Source: Vezdaea acicularis (lineage: Eukaryota). Taken from it: DNA of 64,000 nt. The first letter of the stretch is position 1. Every line of letters starts with the position of its first letter. The notes under the pieces were generated by a model, which saw nothing but the letters and a program-made list of their open reading frames with translations, was not told the DNA's origin and ran no database searches. Shown piece by piece: positions 1 through 11,998 of this stretch. The stretch spans positions 62,001 to 126,000 of the forward strand of contig JAPEUI010000024.1 of the NCBI GenBank assembly GCA_026025075.1, given 5' to 3'. The position numbers and the translations under genes were made by a program.

Positions 1-242
1 TGAGAAGGGCTGGCTCTGGGTTGTCCTGTGGTGTATGTGTTAGCGTGAGAAAAACTAGAATGGCAGCGTGACTCTACGATTTGCCGTCCGTTGATACCTA
101 TTATGAAATCGAACCACGGCTCGATGTGGAGCTCTGGGTCTGTATTTCGCAGCACCTGGAACCCATAAGCTGCGTCAAGGCCTCCCTGCGAGGTCGAGTC
201 AGAGTCTAAGCGGGATATAAAGCGGTTCAGAGCACCGAACAT
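1..242 (-). CDS. GRH1: GRASP55/65 family Golgi reassembly-stacking protein, 5' part (runs off window start)
   Basis: Absent from the ORF track; translated by hand. Exon 1 242..78 reads MFGALNRFISRLDSDSTSQGGLDAAYGFQVLRNTDPELHIEPWFDFIIGINGRQI. Intron 77..26 (GTAGAG...GCTAAC...CACAG). Exon 2 continues DNPEPALL. YGFQVLRN...IEPWFDFIIGING matches the first PDZ-like domain of fungal GRASP proteins. Confidence 0.85.
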   Translation of the reverse strand, partial: MFGALNRFISRLDSDSTSQGGLDAAYGFQVLRNTDPELHIEPWFDFIIGINGRQIVESRCHSSFSHANTYTTGQPRASPS

Positions 243-1449
243 GATTCTTGACTTTTGGTATGCGTCTATGCAGGGATATCCTGAAAGGCGGTTATTTAGA
301 TTTAGGACTTCGCGAACCCCAAATGAAATTCCTCGCGTGCACAGGAGAGCTCCGTTTCTCCGCATCTTCAACTCAGCAAGACCAAATCGACTTCCATCCG
401 CCACAGGGTTACTCAAGCTTAATCCTCACTCTAAAACTTTGCAACACTCAATCAAGGTTTTATATCCTGTCACCCGGCCTTCGCTAGACTTTCTTCTACT
501 ACGATGGCATCTCGCATATTGCCTCGTTTCTCAGGGCCTGCGCGGATGCTCGCGCGACGAACACTTCCTACCGCTCCAGCATCTAGGAATTTCCAGTCCT
601 CGAGCCGGAGACTGGAAACTGTCACCGCCACTCCTATTCAAGTCAAGAAGCCCGTGGGCGCGTTTCGAGGCGGGTGAGTTTTCTGCCTTTGCCCCCTTTC
701 CGTCATTTGTACTTGTCATGGGGACCTACCGATTGCCTTTTGACGAATTAGCATTGAAGCGGATAGCGTTGATTGAAGTGAATACTAATCTCCCTTCTAT
801 AAATTTATAGACTCTTCGGGTTCTTTCTTGGCTCATCCTTAGCTGGCTTTGCCGTCTACTACTACATCCTCGATGAATACAAGGTGTCCAACGAGCTACT
901 GACGGAAGACATCTACGTGCGTTACTGCATTTGATTCTCCACGCTCCTTATAAACCCTTGCTATGCTGCTCGTGGTGCTCGTATTATTATACTGGGGGCT
1001 GACCAGTCGGGTTTGATTTGGGGGTAATAGGCTCTACAGGCCGCCGTCCAACGAATTCATACCTTCGTGACAGGTTTAGAAGAAAGGGTTGAGAAGGTCG
1101 AGAAGAAAAAGTAGAAAAGCGTTAATGAACTAATGTGGGCACGGGGGAGGGGGGGAGGGCGCTGTGGAGCTGTGAATAAGGAGAGAACGGTTGCTAGGAT
1201 AGGTGTACAGAATTACTGGGAATCTGCCTTAGGTTTGAACTACTACAGTTTCATAGGGTGCTCACTTCCCATGATCTCCCCAACGTTCAAACTCAGTGAT
1301 ACTCCTCTAGTCATGTTATCTTGACTGGTTATGAAAGAGACTTCAATCAGTAGACCAGGAGTTGTTGACAGTCTACTACATACTTCGTAATGCACTTCGA
1401 CTACCATCTCCCGAAGTATAGTACCCAAGACCCCCGTGCTTCCATTCCC

Positions 1450-1818
1450 TTACACCACCTTACTCATCTTGACGAGATTCTCCACCCCACCACCCAGACC
1501 TCTCAATGCTCCCTCATCCAGTCCCATTTCCCTCTCCCTAAGCCTAACCTTCTCATCAATCCACTTTCCACGCTCTTCACGATCTGAAGGCCACTCTTGC
1601 GCTGGCCAACCCTTCTCGGTCCACTTCTGGCGGTCACGTTCATCCTCGCGTGTACCGTGTCCGTTCTTCCAGATCATGAAGGACATTACGCAGGTCATGA
1701 GGAAACAGAGGGCGCCGACGAAAGCAAAGACGACTTGCAGCGTGTGCAGGCGCGAAACGGGAGCGTGGAAAGGAATATATTTGCCGATGGAGACGGGGTG
1801 GACGTCGGGAACGTCCAT
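1450..1818 (-). CDS. Hypothetical small single-pass membrane protein
   Basis: ORF MDVPDVHPVSIGKY... has one hydrophobic span (VVFAFVGALCFLMTCVMSFMIW) and a charged tail. An upstream GTGAGT...GCTAAT...CAG intron-like element (about 1880..1827) suggests a spliced 5' UTR. Confidence 0.5.
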   Translation of the reverse strand: MDVPDVHPVSIGKYIPFHAPVSRLHTLQVVFAFVGALCFLMTCVMSFMIWKNGHGTREDERDRQKWTEKGWPAQEWPSDREERGKWIDEKVRLREREMGLDEGALRGLGGGVENLVKMSKVV

Positions 1819-2213
1819 AATGTAATCTGATACAGATATTAGCTGCATCCAAGAGGGCTAGAAGGTAAGGGTGTTACTCACACCTCTTAAATTAAGAGCT
1901 GCTATGCGAAAGAAGATATGTGAACAGAATAGGAGAGACTATTTGTTGATATCCTAAAGACGCTCCTTGAAGGTATGTGGGTGTATAACAAGAGGTTTTG
2001 CACCCAAGTGGAGAGGGCTTTTATAAAGCTCGTGTCGATTACGACGTAGAATGTGCGAAGTAACTATGGTAGAACCGTCGGGTGATCCTTCTAGAACTGG
2101 AAAGGATAGGAGCGTGTCAGAGGCTCTTGGCGCACCAAAGGGGTGGTTATTTTGAACGTCGTGGTCTCGCTTAGCGCAAATGTCCGGCCTGGATTATAAG
2201 TGCGATATTTTCC

Positions 2214-4644
2214 TTATGATCCGCCAACGCCCCACCGTCCTACTGTCTCCATAGCCTTTGCATCTCCATTTGCCAATGATGGGTCACCTAAGACCCCAGC
2301 GATACATTGCCATGGATCTCTACCCCCACCCCACTTCAGAACTTTGTCCTTGAAGAGATGTCCTGCTTCAGGACTCACGGCGCCCTCAGGTGTCCGTTGA
2401 AAAACATCCCGCCACACTTTGCCAGCTATTGCGCGATCGAATAGGTAGGAGTAGTAGGTAGCCCCATAGCCGTACAAATGGCCGAAAAAGCCTTGCCATG
2501 TTGTGCCCCAGGGTTCTGGAATGCTGCCGTGTCTATTGAGGATGGAATGGAAAATTTGGCTTGTGTCAAAACCGTCTTTGAGCGGCGCTAGAGAAGAGTG
2601 ATATGCCTGGTCTACCATTGCGAGTAAGATCTGAGACTCGGTTTCAATCCCTTCAAAGCTTTCGTCTGACCGCATCCTATCCTTTACCATCTCATAAGGT
2701 AGTGGTGCATCTGTCTCTATGTGTCTAGCAAAGAGCGAGAGTACGTAAGGGTCGCTTGCGAAGTTTTCCAACAGAACACTCGGCAGTTCAGCAAAATCTG
2801 TTGCACATCTTGTGCCAGCCACATTCTGCAATGCTGTCCGCCCAAGTATCGAGTGGACTGCGTGGCCCATTTCATGGAAAAGGGTCTGGACATGGCGAAA
2901 AGATAGGAGCGTCGGTCGGTTGCTCATCTCTCGAGTGAAATCGCATATCAGCGCAATAGTTGGCAGCTGATATAGCTCGCCTGCTGAATTCCGTGCCGCT
3001 GCCATTCCATCGTTAGCACCTGCTTCAGCACAGGTAAACGGATTGGCTTCAGATGCTGCCTCCTCGATCTCAGCCTCGGATATGCGGCGAGAACATCGGA
3101 CGGTGAAATGTGCAGGGTTCGGATTTTTGCCGGCTCGCTCGAAAAGATCGCAGTATAACACTGCAACATGACCTTCCGTCTCGTCGATAACATCTATTCG
3201 GCGAACGTCATCATTCCAGGTTTCCCCTGGAAGGGTCTCATGTGGGACAAAACGAATACCATAAAGGCGACTAAACAGTCTTGAAAGACCTTGCATCACA
3301 GTTCCCAGAGAGAAGTAGGCTGATAAGAAATCAGGCTTTCGAGATTTTGAGGGAAGATGGCTCAGATGCATGTTTCTGTAGAAGTCCACATCCCAAGCAT
3401 TCAAGTTGGACGCTTCTTCCATTTTTCCTGCGAAGCCCGCATGGTAAAGTTTGAGTTGCTTGAGCTGTGATAGCTCCTTCTGTAGCCTTGGTTCATTATC
3501 TTGGATCAGGGCTTGAAGAAAGTTGGCTACTGATTCTAGGCACAGGATTAACACCATTCTCTTGGAAAAGCTAAATGTTCTTACCTGGAGATCTGGCCAT
3601 CTTATCACCAAGCCACATTTCAGCATAGCTGGTGAATCCACCTATTCTGGCAAGCTCTGCTCTTGATCTCAATAGCTCTTCGAGCCTGTGAAGTTGTTCA
3701 TTAGAAGCTGTCCTATTCGCCATATATAGCTCTCTTCTTGTATCCTCATCTTCGATTGTCCTGAGGCCGAGTAAGGCAGTGAGGCCCATTGTTGGCATCA
3801 ACACATTAGTATTTCTTGTCGGCAATTTTCGAACCTGTAACGGGTCCATCCCTTTCAGCTGGCGATGAGAAAGACCAATCCAAGGCTTTTCCGGAGCCAT
3901 TTTGTCAACGAAATTACTGCCATAATGTGCTACTTCATCAGATAGCGCAACAAACTTCTGCTTCGAGGCCTGGTCTAGATCGACGGCGGACTTTGAAAAG
4001 TCTCTTAGCAACATTTGCGCTACAACCTTCTCCTCTTCGGTCCATGACGCAACCACATTGGGCATAGATACAGCCTTCTTCAGTTGATCGTTCAGCCCAG
4101 TCGTAGTATTCAATACGTTCATGTATTGAAGCATTGTGCCGTAGGCCTGGGTCGCGGCCTCCTGATATTTCGGGTCGGGGTGTGTCGCTCGGACGAAGTC
4201 CGACAGATCTATAACTCGACATACTAGATCACTAAGCCGGTCTAAGTCCTTTATGATGAATTTATAATCGTCCACAGTAGATGCCTCCAAGGTTTTTGTT
4301 ACGATCCTTTGCGCTCTCTGCAACGTTCGCTCAGCAAATCGCTGGAAGCCTTCAGGTTTGCTTAGATAGCTATTTTGGAAAAGACCTGTTTTTTGATCTC
4401 TGGGGGGGAGAAGGCGCCGTTGAGAAAACTCTTTCCAGAAAGAATGGGAGTCGAAAATATCCCTTATAATTTTATCATCGTGAGAAGCTCCTGGAGCGCT
4501 ACGAGTCGCAAGTAGTGAATTGACTGCTTCTGCCGAAGTAGTCGCTAAAGCCGGAGCTGTATATGAGAAACGTCGATGCTCTATTTGCCTTCGCAATATA
4601 TTTCTGGAGCAGTAAAAAGCTCGCAATTGGACAACCTTGAACAT
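2214..4644 (-). CDS. OCT1: Mitochondrial intermediate peptidase (peptidase M3)
   Basis: Arg-rich presequence, DLDRLSDLVCRVIDLSDFVR, and HEXXH zinc motif TLFHEMGHAVHS followed by GTRCATDFAELPS. Two ORFs are joined in frame by intron 3584..3536 (GTAAGA...TAG). Confidence 0.95.
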
Positions 4645-4815
4645 GTCAGGGGATTATTGCAGAAGGTAGGTTCCCCGCAGAGGAAGCAAGTCCTGATATT
4701 CGGATTCCCAAATGCACGCTAAGCTTTCGCGTAAACTCCGTGATGCGCCGAACAGCGACCTTCTTCATACGACATCGCATCTCAATTGGCCTCCATTGGC
4801 CTCGGTCATTGAATC

Positions 4816-5676
4816 ATGGTATTTAGGCGGATAATACTGAAGGTAAGCAAGCTTGTGGTAACTATCTTCATCAAAAGCTGTTTGGTTAACGTCAAGGGCA
4901 GCGTCCCGCCCTTCCCACAGCGGTTGTTGGCCTTGTTGCTGGTGTGACATTATATCCACAGCAGATTGCATGGGCCGAGAGCATAGAATCACATAGTCCT
5001 ATTGTAAAGACTCCCTACACCGTCTGATTTCTGTTCATCTAATTTCAAGTAGGCCAAAAAACCCATCTACGAAGACGCACATGCTTCAGACTCATCACCA
5101 TCAAAATCGACGTTGCCTACTCCCTCCAAAACCTTGGACAACCCCCCACAACCGCGATCGCCGACAATAACAGATCGTTTGGCTGTACACATCCGCTCGG
5201 CCCGCCTTACTGTATACGAGAATGTCTCCTCAGCAGAAGACAAAGTCAACAATATCTTGACCGAAGTCCTTCACCTCGAAAATTCCTTCACTAGCACGAT
5301 TTCTTCCCTGCGACCTCCTCCTTCTAGTGGAGAAAGGTTACTGCCAGGGAGTGTCTACGTTCTCGTATCTGCGATGACCGGTAGTATCCTCACACGTAAT
5401 CGGAACATCCTGTTCCGCTTCTCAGTGCCCCTTGCAATTGGGGTCGGAGCAGGCTGGGTGGTACTGCCAATCACGATGCGGAATGTTGGGGATTTGGCAT
5501 GGACGTATGAAGAGAAGGTGCCAGCTTTGGCAGATGCGCATCTGAGGACGAGACGTTCTCTGGAAGACGCTTGGAGATTCTCGAAAGTCCACGCCCAGCT
5601 TGGGGCAAAGAAAGTAGAAGAAGGTGTAAATGGAGCACGACAAGAGGTTGAGAAATGGGTTAGCGGGAAGGAATGA
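4816..5676 (+). CDS. MIC26: MICOS complex subunit MIC26/MIC27 (apolipoprotein O family)
   Basis: Reconstructed from three exons: MVFRRIILK / RPALPTAVVGLVAGVTLYPQQIAWAE... / AKKPIYED...TDRLA...ERLLPGSVYVLVSAMTGSILTRNRNILFR...PITMRNVGDLAW. The ApoO-like pattern is typical of fungal Mic26. Confidence 0.8.
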
Positions 5677-5840
5677 GCTCTTGTGGATACGGCCTTGGCG
5701 CCACTGTTTTAATATTAAAATGTATACAATATCTGCATATCTGCTGCTCCCATTTGATACGCAAGCTACCAAGAGGGGATCAGACTCGCCCTTGATTACA
5801 TTCGTAGGATCTACCCTGATACTGATGCAACAATTTGTCA

Positions 5841-7053
5841 TCATTTTCCACTCTTCTTCTCCTGTCTGTCTAGTATCTCCTTCATTGCAGCCCTGGCACT
5901 TCTGCTTCCTCCCAGCTTTGGGCCCTTCGGCCTCTCCTCTCCTTTCTTTACAGGTTTTCCTGGAGGCGGTGCATTCGTTGCCACACCAGTCCTCTTTCTT
6001 GACTGCACAGCATCCATGAATTCTCTGCGGAACTGCTCAGCAACACGGTCATCAGCCCCCTGAGTGTCGTCTCCCAAAAGAGCGTCGTCCGTCGTAGGAT
6101 CATATATGTCAACTTCGTAATCGGAATAAGTGTATGATGCGCAAAGCTTAGGGTAATAAACTTGAGACTCACGTCTAGATTCTCGCAACACTTCTTCAAC
6201 GAGTTTATCCCTCCTTAGATCTTCACTGTTCCTCCGCCTTCTCCTCCCTCTTCCTTTACCCTTCCTTATACCAGCCTCCAGGACATCTGCTTCTGCCAGG
6301 CCGCCTTCCATTCTTCTCTTCGCCTCTTCCGTTCTCTGTATATTACGCAAGGAAGCTTCAGGTCCAAGATCAATCTCCTGAAGCTTCCCCAACGTGGCAG
6401 GTTGCCTACGTATTTCCGCTCGGCCCTGCTCTTCTGTACCGGACGCCGTAGTAGGCTCATGCTCTGTAAATAAAGGACGCTCATGACGCCGTTTTGCAAG
6501 TTCTTGATCTATATACTCCATCCTGCATGCATTAGTGCTCTGCTCAAGCATATCCCCCCACCTTCAGGTTGGAGGAGGCAGTGCGGGGCTCGTACATATG
6601 CTTGTCCACTTTTTCTCCGCCTTTTGTTCCCGTTTGTGGAGCGAAGCGGTTCCGCGCCTGCTCTTCCAGTGCACCTCCTACTCCATTCTCCTCATAGCTA
6701 ACTTCTAATTGCGTTTGATGGTCCATTTTCGCATTCTGGGGGCTACGAGCTCGGAACTCAATGCCGTTATGACGAGCTTTCGCATTCTTTCGTAGACGAA
6801 GTATCTCCGCAACAGTGATGCGTACATGTTCCACACTATCATCATCCGTCATCGCTCCTGCAGAGTCTAGAGGCTCTGTGACTTTTTTGTCTGTCGCGGA
6901 AACCATTGGCACCGAGGTTACCTCGAGCTTTGCATTGTTCAATGTAGGTTCGTGCTCGTTTGCGCCGTGCTGACGGTACGTCTTACGTCTTTTACTAGGT
7001 CGAAAAAGAGTAGCAGACCCATCATAAGCAGCAGTAGAATCCGAGTCCGTCAT
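5841..7053 (-). CDS. Hep59 / C9orf78 (Tls1-like) splicing-associated protein
   Basis: Motifs FRPSKRRK, GIEF, NRFAPQTG...VDKHM-(intron)-MEYIDQELAKRR, LGKLQEIDLGPE, RRRNSEDLRRDKLVEEVLRES and PKGPKLGGSRSARAAM. Two introns (about 6594..6526 and 6172..6113). Confidence 0.75.
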
Positions 7054-7641
7054 ACTACCGTGATTGATTAGGGTTTGTGATCTTTCCTGGATAATTCAAG
7101 GGTTAGAGTAAGCCGGTAAGACTAGGCCGGTTTGAATCGAAATGCCCGAAAACACGTTTGCGCCACATTCCAAGCCACACTTCAAGCTCGCATTCGGAAC
7201 AACCTATTTGGAAAGAAAACCTTTCTACATAGGTGCCCATTCTAGACCATCCCTGAATAGGTCTTTTGACGTGATTACATCATCCGACTGACACTTAGCG
7301 GCTTGATGTGTTGCTGAGACAGCTATGCGCTATATTTGAACAATTCCCTCTACCACCAACCTGACTTTCATGTTATTGGGATCCCGGCAGCAGGGTGTCT
7401 CGCACAGAGATACTTCCGGTCCAAGGGTCCATCGGAGAGTATGTTTAGAGGCAACATGGCAGGGCTCATTGCGGAGAAGATTGGAAGGGCCGTTTGAGAA
7501 AATGTCTCAGTGGTCTGAGCGTAGAGGGAGCGCATTTATGGATATTATATATAATAACAGAGCCCAGTCGAACTGGTCTGACCGATCCCTTGCCGGACTA
7601 AGCTGCCAGTGGTGCTTGCGTATTACGATATATCCTTCGTT

Positions 7642-8415
7642 ATGATTTCCTATATCTTCCCAGCGCTCGTTACAGCGTCAACCTTCTTTTCTCTGACTAC
7701 TGCCTCAGCAGTCAACCTTGCGGCATTGAGCATAAGTGATGATGATGGAGTTACCGGAAATATAATCAACTCTAGCGTCACACCCTCAACCAACGCTCAG
7801 CCTTCCAGTCATGTGAGATACCTCATGGATGGGCACTGATCAATTGTTTACTAATTGGTCTAGTACCTTATTTGCACAGGCGCACTTCCAGCTACCGGCT
7901 ACCCAACGAATTTGATCAACACCTACCGCACCAACTATACCTCCCTCACAGATTTCTGCAGCATTGGCTGCTCGTGCGGAGCTTCTGATTCTCTGGAATG
8001 CAAAAATGCTACACAAACAAACCGCGCACCTGACATCTTCGCCACTGTGAACAGCACCGCATACCAAACATGTCTCTCAAACTGTTCGTGCGCATTGAGT
8101 CCGCCAGCTGAGCAGACACCCGAAACCCTAGTATGCGAAAAGGGAGGATTCCCCGCTGGGAAAGGGCCAAGTGATTACGGTGGCTATAGCAGGGGAAACA
8201 CAAGCTTGGCGTGCTACGCTGACGCCGCACCGTTATGGACCATGGTAGGCAAAGATTTCAACGCAAGTAATGCGGAGATATGTGATCCTTGCCCAGAAGG
8301 ATATGGGCCAGTAGAGGGCTGTTTGCTTCAACCAACACCACTTCCTGGCCCGTGCTGTGAGGCAGGCAAGCCATGTTATTGGGCAGGGACGCAGAATCAG
8401 ACAATTACTTCTTAG
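7642..8415 (+). CDS. Secreted cysteine-rich protein of unknown family
   Basis: Signal peptide MISYIFPALVTASTFFSLTTASA. Intron GTGAGA...TACTAAT...CTAG (7813..7863) joins in frame to an exon with 16 Cys and several N-X-S/T sequons. Confidence 0.7.
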
Positions 8416-8469
8416 GCGATGTAAAACAAGCAATATGTACTTGTCCTTCGTGGGCGCAGGTCCGCCGGT

Positions 8470-11091
8470 TTATTCTGGAGCATGCGGCAGATCCAGTTGT
8501 CCGTCATATACACTTGAAGGGAATAGTTTGTCCCATTCGTTCTATTCAGAAATTAGGTTCTATTCAAGAAATCAAGACGATGAAAATGGGTATATCTGTG
8601 ACGAACTGACCCAGTCTATTTCAGGCAACATAAGCTCATCCATTATCATTGTTGAATCGGGTTCAGCGACCTGGGGAGCACCGCCCCATGTGCCAACCGG
8701 AGGACCTTCCCTGGGCTGCGAAGGTGATCTTGTGCTTCCACTATGACTCCGACCGCTATCCGTATACTCAGGGGTCATGTTCTTGTTTACAAGTATTTGG
8801 CCGTCTGCTACTCCACTGATTGAATATATCCCACTTGAAAGGCGACCAGAGTCTGCACTTTCTGGGCTCATTCCCGAAGCGTTACTTTCGGCATGAGCAT
8901 CAGAACCGCTTCTGTCGAGCATGTTGTCCGTCTGCAGGCCCACATCGGGAAGCCAGCTAGAGGATCCTACTGGCCTACACACGGTGAGCAGCAACCTTTG
9001 AACGCACAGGGTGAGAACTATTGTACGTAGCTCTACGTATTCAAGCATACCTTGGCGCTGTTGTCCCAAGCCGCTTCGCCGATCCAGCAGGAAGTTTCAT
9101 CTTGCGCCTGGCCTGATACACTCCCGTTCGATCTCTTAGTTCTGTGAGAACCTGCCGTGCCTTGACATCGCGTGAGCGGTCAGGTTGTAGCAAGAAAATA
9201 TAGTCAAGACATGCCCAGATACGGTCGGCTTCTTTCCTTCGCGGATAGGCCCATATCTCCACAAGGAGCAAGAAAGCCGTGTGCCATTGTTGATACGTGC
9301 CAGCGTACCATGCCCAGGGAGTTAGCTCCGGATCGGTCTCAACTGTAATGGCGTCCTCGAGCTGTCTAGTTCCAGACGTGAGTATTATTTGACGTAAACG
9401 GTCGGGAATGCGAACGGAGACACCATTGTGATAACGGTGCAGGATCGAAATATGCAAGCGGTGATAGTTGATACTGAGTATTAATCTGGCTAGGCGCTGT
9501 ATTGGCGAATTGTTGTCCAGATAATGGAATCTTGCCTTCATGGAATTGTGCCAGCTCTCTACTTTAGATAGGAGAGCAGTCAGACTCATTTGTTTTTTCT
9601 CAATCCGAGGTCGGTCGTGCCACACGACCCTATGCATTTCATTGCACAGGACGCGAATATTGAAAAGGGTTGCGTCAGTAAACAGCTCTCGGTCTTGAAC
9701 AGGTGGACTGTGAAGTAGAAAATCCTGGTCGTCCACGTTTAGCGGTAATTGAACGTCATGCGTGTCCTTGCGAATCTGCGGTCTTGGACCTTGAGCCTCG
9801 CAGGTTCGTACGTCAAGGAAAGCAAGCTGCCACCAGACAAGACGTCGGATGTGCGTCTCGAGAGGCGTGAGTCCATAGGTCTCACCATCGCGATGAAGTC
9901 CCATACATTCAGCAATCCTAATTGCCATACCAACCAACGCGGAATGCGCTCTACTTACCTGATCACGGCAAAGAGGAACTAGATACATTACAAATGCCTG
10001 AAGCGTCTCGGTCTTGGTGCTTTGAAGAAACTTGGCTCTGCAAAGAGCCCCTTCTGTTCCCGCCCGGAAGTTGTCAATCAGGGAAGCCTTCGAAACCCCA
10101 AATTCGAGGAGAATGGTTTCTTCTGGCATTGACACGACTCCCGAGAACATGGCAGCAAATACCACAGCTTGAAGAGATCCAACAGGCTCCAAGTTTGCGT
10201 TTACATGCTGCCAAAAGATAGCATAGGATTCCTCAAAAGATTGTCGGTGGACTGTATGAACGAGGGGGTGTACTACCATGAAGTACTGCCTGATCAGTCG
10301 GTCTGCTGCATTTTTTGAAGGGAGAAATTCGATGAGGGAGCTATGGGCCGCGCCCGGACCATAGAAGAAGCCGGATGCCGGCGCGATGTAAGTTGGACCG
10401 GGTTGTAAGAACGATTCATACCCAGAAAGATCAGCCGCTGGATCAGGATTTCTAGTCTTCTCTTCTTCACTTCGATGGTCGTTCCGGATGTCTGTCAACG
10501 CAATTTGGAGTTCTTCTGAGATTTTCGGGCGGAAGAAGCCTCCAATGCGCTCAGTCAGCCTCATCCTACCCAGCTGTATGCCGAGATCTAGCGCAAGATC
10601 ATCGCCATCATCCTCGTACGCTGCATCAGTGGTCGCCAAAGGGGTGGCTTCGAGCGCTTGCTCGTCCTCGGGGATAAGAAGGTCGTTCTCGTCGTCATCT
10701 GGCACCGGCCATCCAGCATTCTCTCTGAAGGACTTTGCGACATCTCGTTCTAATAGCTTCTCAAGAGAGCCAACTTTCTCTTTAATTTCTGTCAGTTTCA
10801 ATTGAGAAGATGGATCAAGAGCAGGTGCGAGAAACACGCAATCGCGGCCGAATTTGGTGCAGTTCTTGCAAGGATGGCCTTTGTCACATTTTAATTTTCG
10901 CCGGCGGCATTCGAGACCTTACTTCGATTTAGACAGATTTGGACAAAGGGACAGCATTGCTTACATGATGTTATCATACGGTTCCTACGCCGAATTCGTT
11001 GCTGAGCACCACCAGACCCCTGCCCCAAGCCCGGCATTTCTCCCATCATGTCAGAGTTCATGAAGGACATATTTGGGAGTTCGTCGACCAT
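8470..11091 (-). CDS. Zn(II)2Cys6 fungal transcription factor with Fungal_trans middle homology region
   Basis: Spliced N-terminus RRRNRMITSC/LECRRRKLKCDKGHPCKNCTKFGRDCVF (six Cys). The middle region has AIRIAECMGLHRDG...HIRRLVWWQL. Two 3' introns give a C-terminus ...PEIDW/NEWDKLFP...HAPE* ending at 8470. Confidence 0.92.
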
Positions 11092-11998
11092 GTTGACCAC
11101 GCACAGCCCTCAAATAGATGTGAACAGATAGTTCCTCGTGTACTGGTAAATATTACATAAGTATGTCGCATGGTACGTTATAGTTCTAGACGTGGGTGAT
11201 CGTATGATGATCGTGTACGACTTCCGGCCGTAAGAAGATGTCGTTCAGCTTTGTCGGAGGCTAAATTACAAGAAGCTGTTGGTCAGGTCATACAGTTCAC
11301 CACTTCCTTCCTACGACATCAATATGATATTGATGATTCCACTTCCTGGAGATATAGCTACAAGCAAAGGCGCGCGAACGCTCTTTTTATAAGCTGCCTT
11401 CATGCTCGCGGGTATTGCTGAAACGATCTTGAAGATTATCTTCTAATTCCCAGGTTCAATCATCAAAGCAATGCGCCACGACAGTGCCGCGACAGTGCCG
11501 CGAGATCGACAACCCTTGACCGACCATGACCCCGGTTGTTAGCAGAGCCAGTGCAGACTTGTGAGCCGAATTGTCGGTGGGCAGACGTGTGCAGAGCTCT
11601 CATAGGACTGGAGGGGCGAATATGTAACATTTTCGGCAAAAGGTCTACCGTTGTTAGACCCTGTAGCCATCCCTGCATACGCATCGAGATTGTGACGATC
11701 GTCGAGCAGAACGTGGAGCACTCGGGCTTCGCAAACAAAGTCTGCCTTGCTAAATCAATGCCTCTGTCCTGGAGACTTCGAAGGTTTGCTTGAACTGTTC
11801 TCTTTGGGCAGTTCGTAAACAACAGCACTCCGCCACTTTATTACATCTAAGCGGGCTCGCTTTCCCTAGGACCTCATCTTGCTTTGTATGGGATATTACC
11901 CGTCTAGTGCTTAACTCAAGTCCTGACGAGCTTACTAGATTACCAACCCTCATTCGGCCCTTCTGCCGTACCTTCAGCCTCGCTGACTCTGGTATACA

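Noticed and set aside
241..810. 189-aa plus-strand ORF
   Set aside because: No recognisable motifs. It lies over the GRH1 promoter/5' region and looks like a chance ORF.
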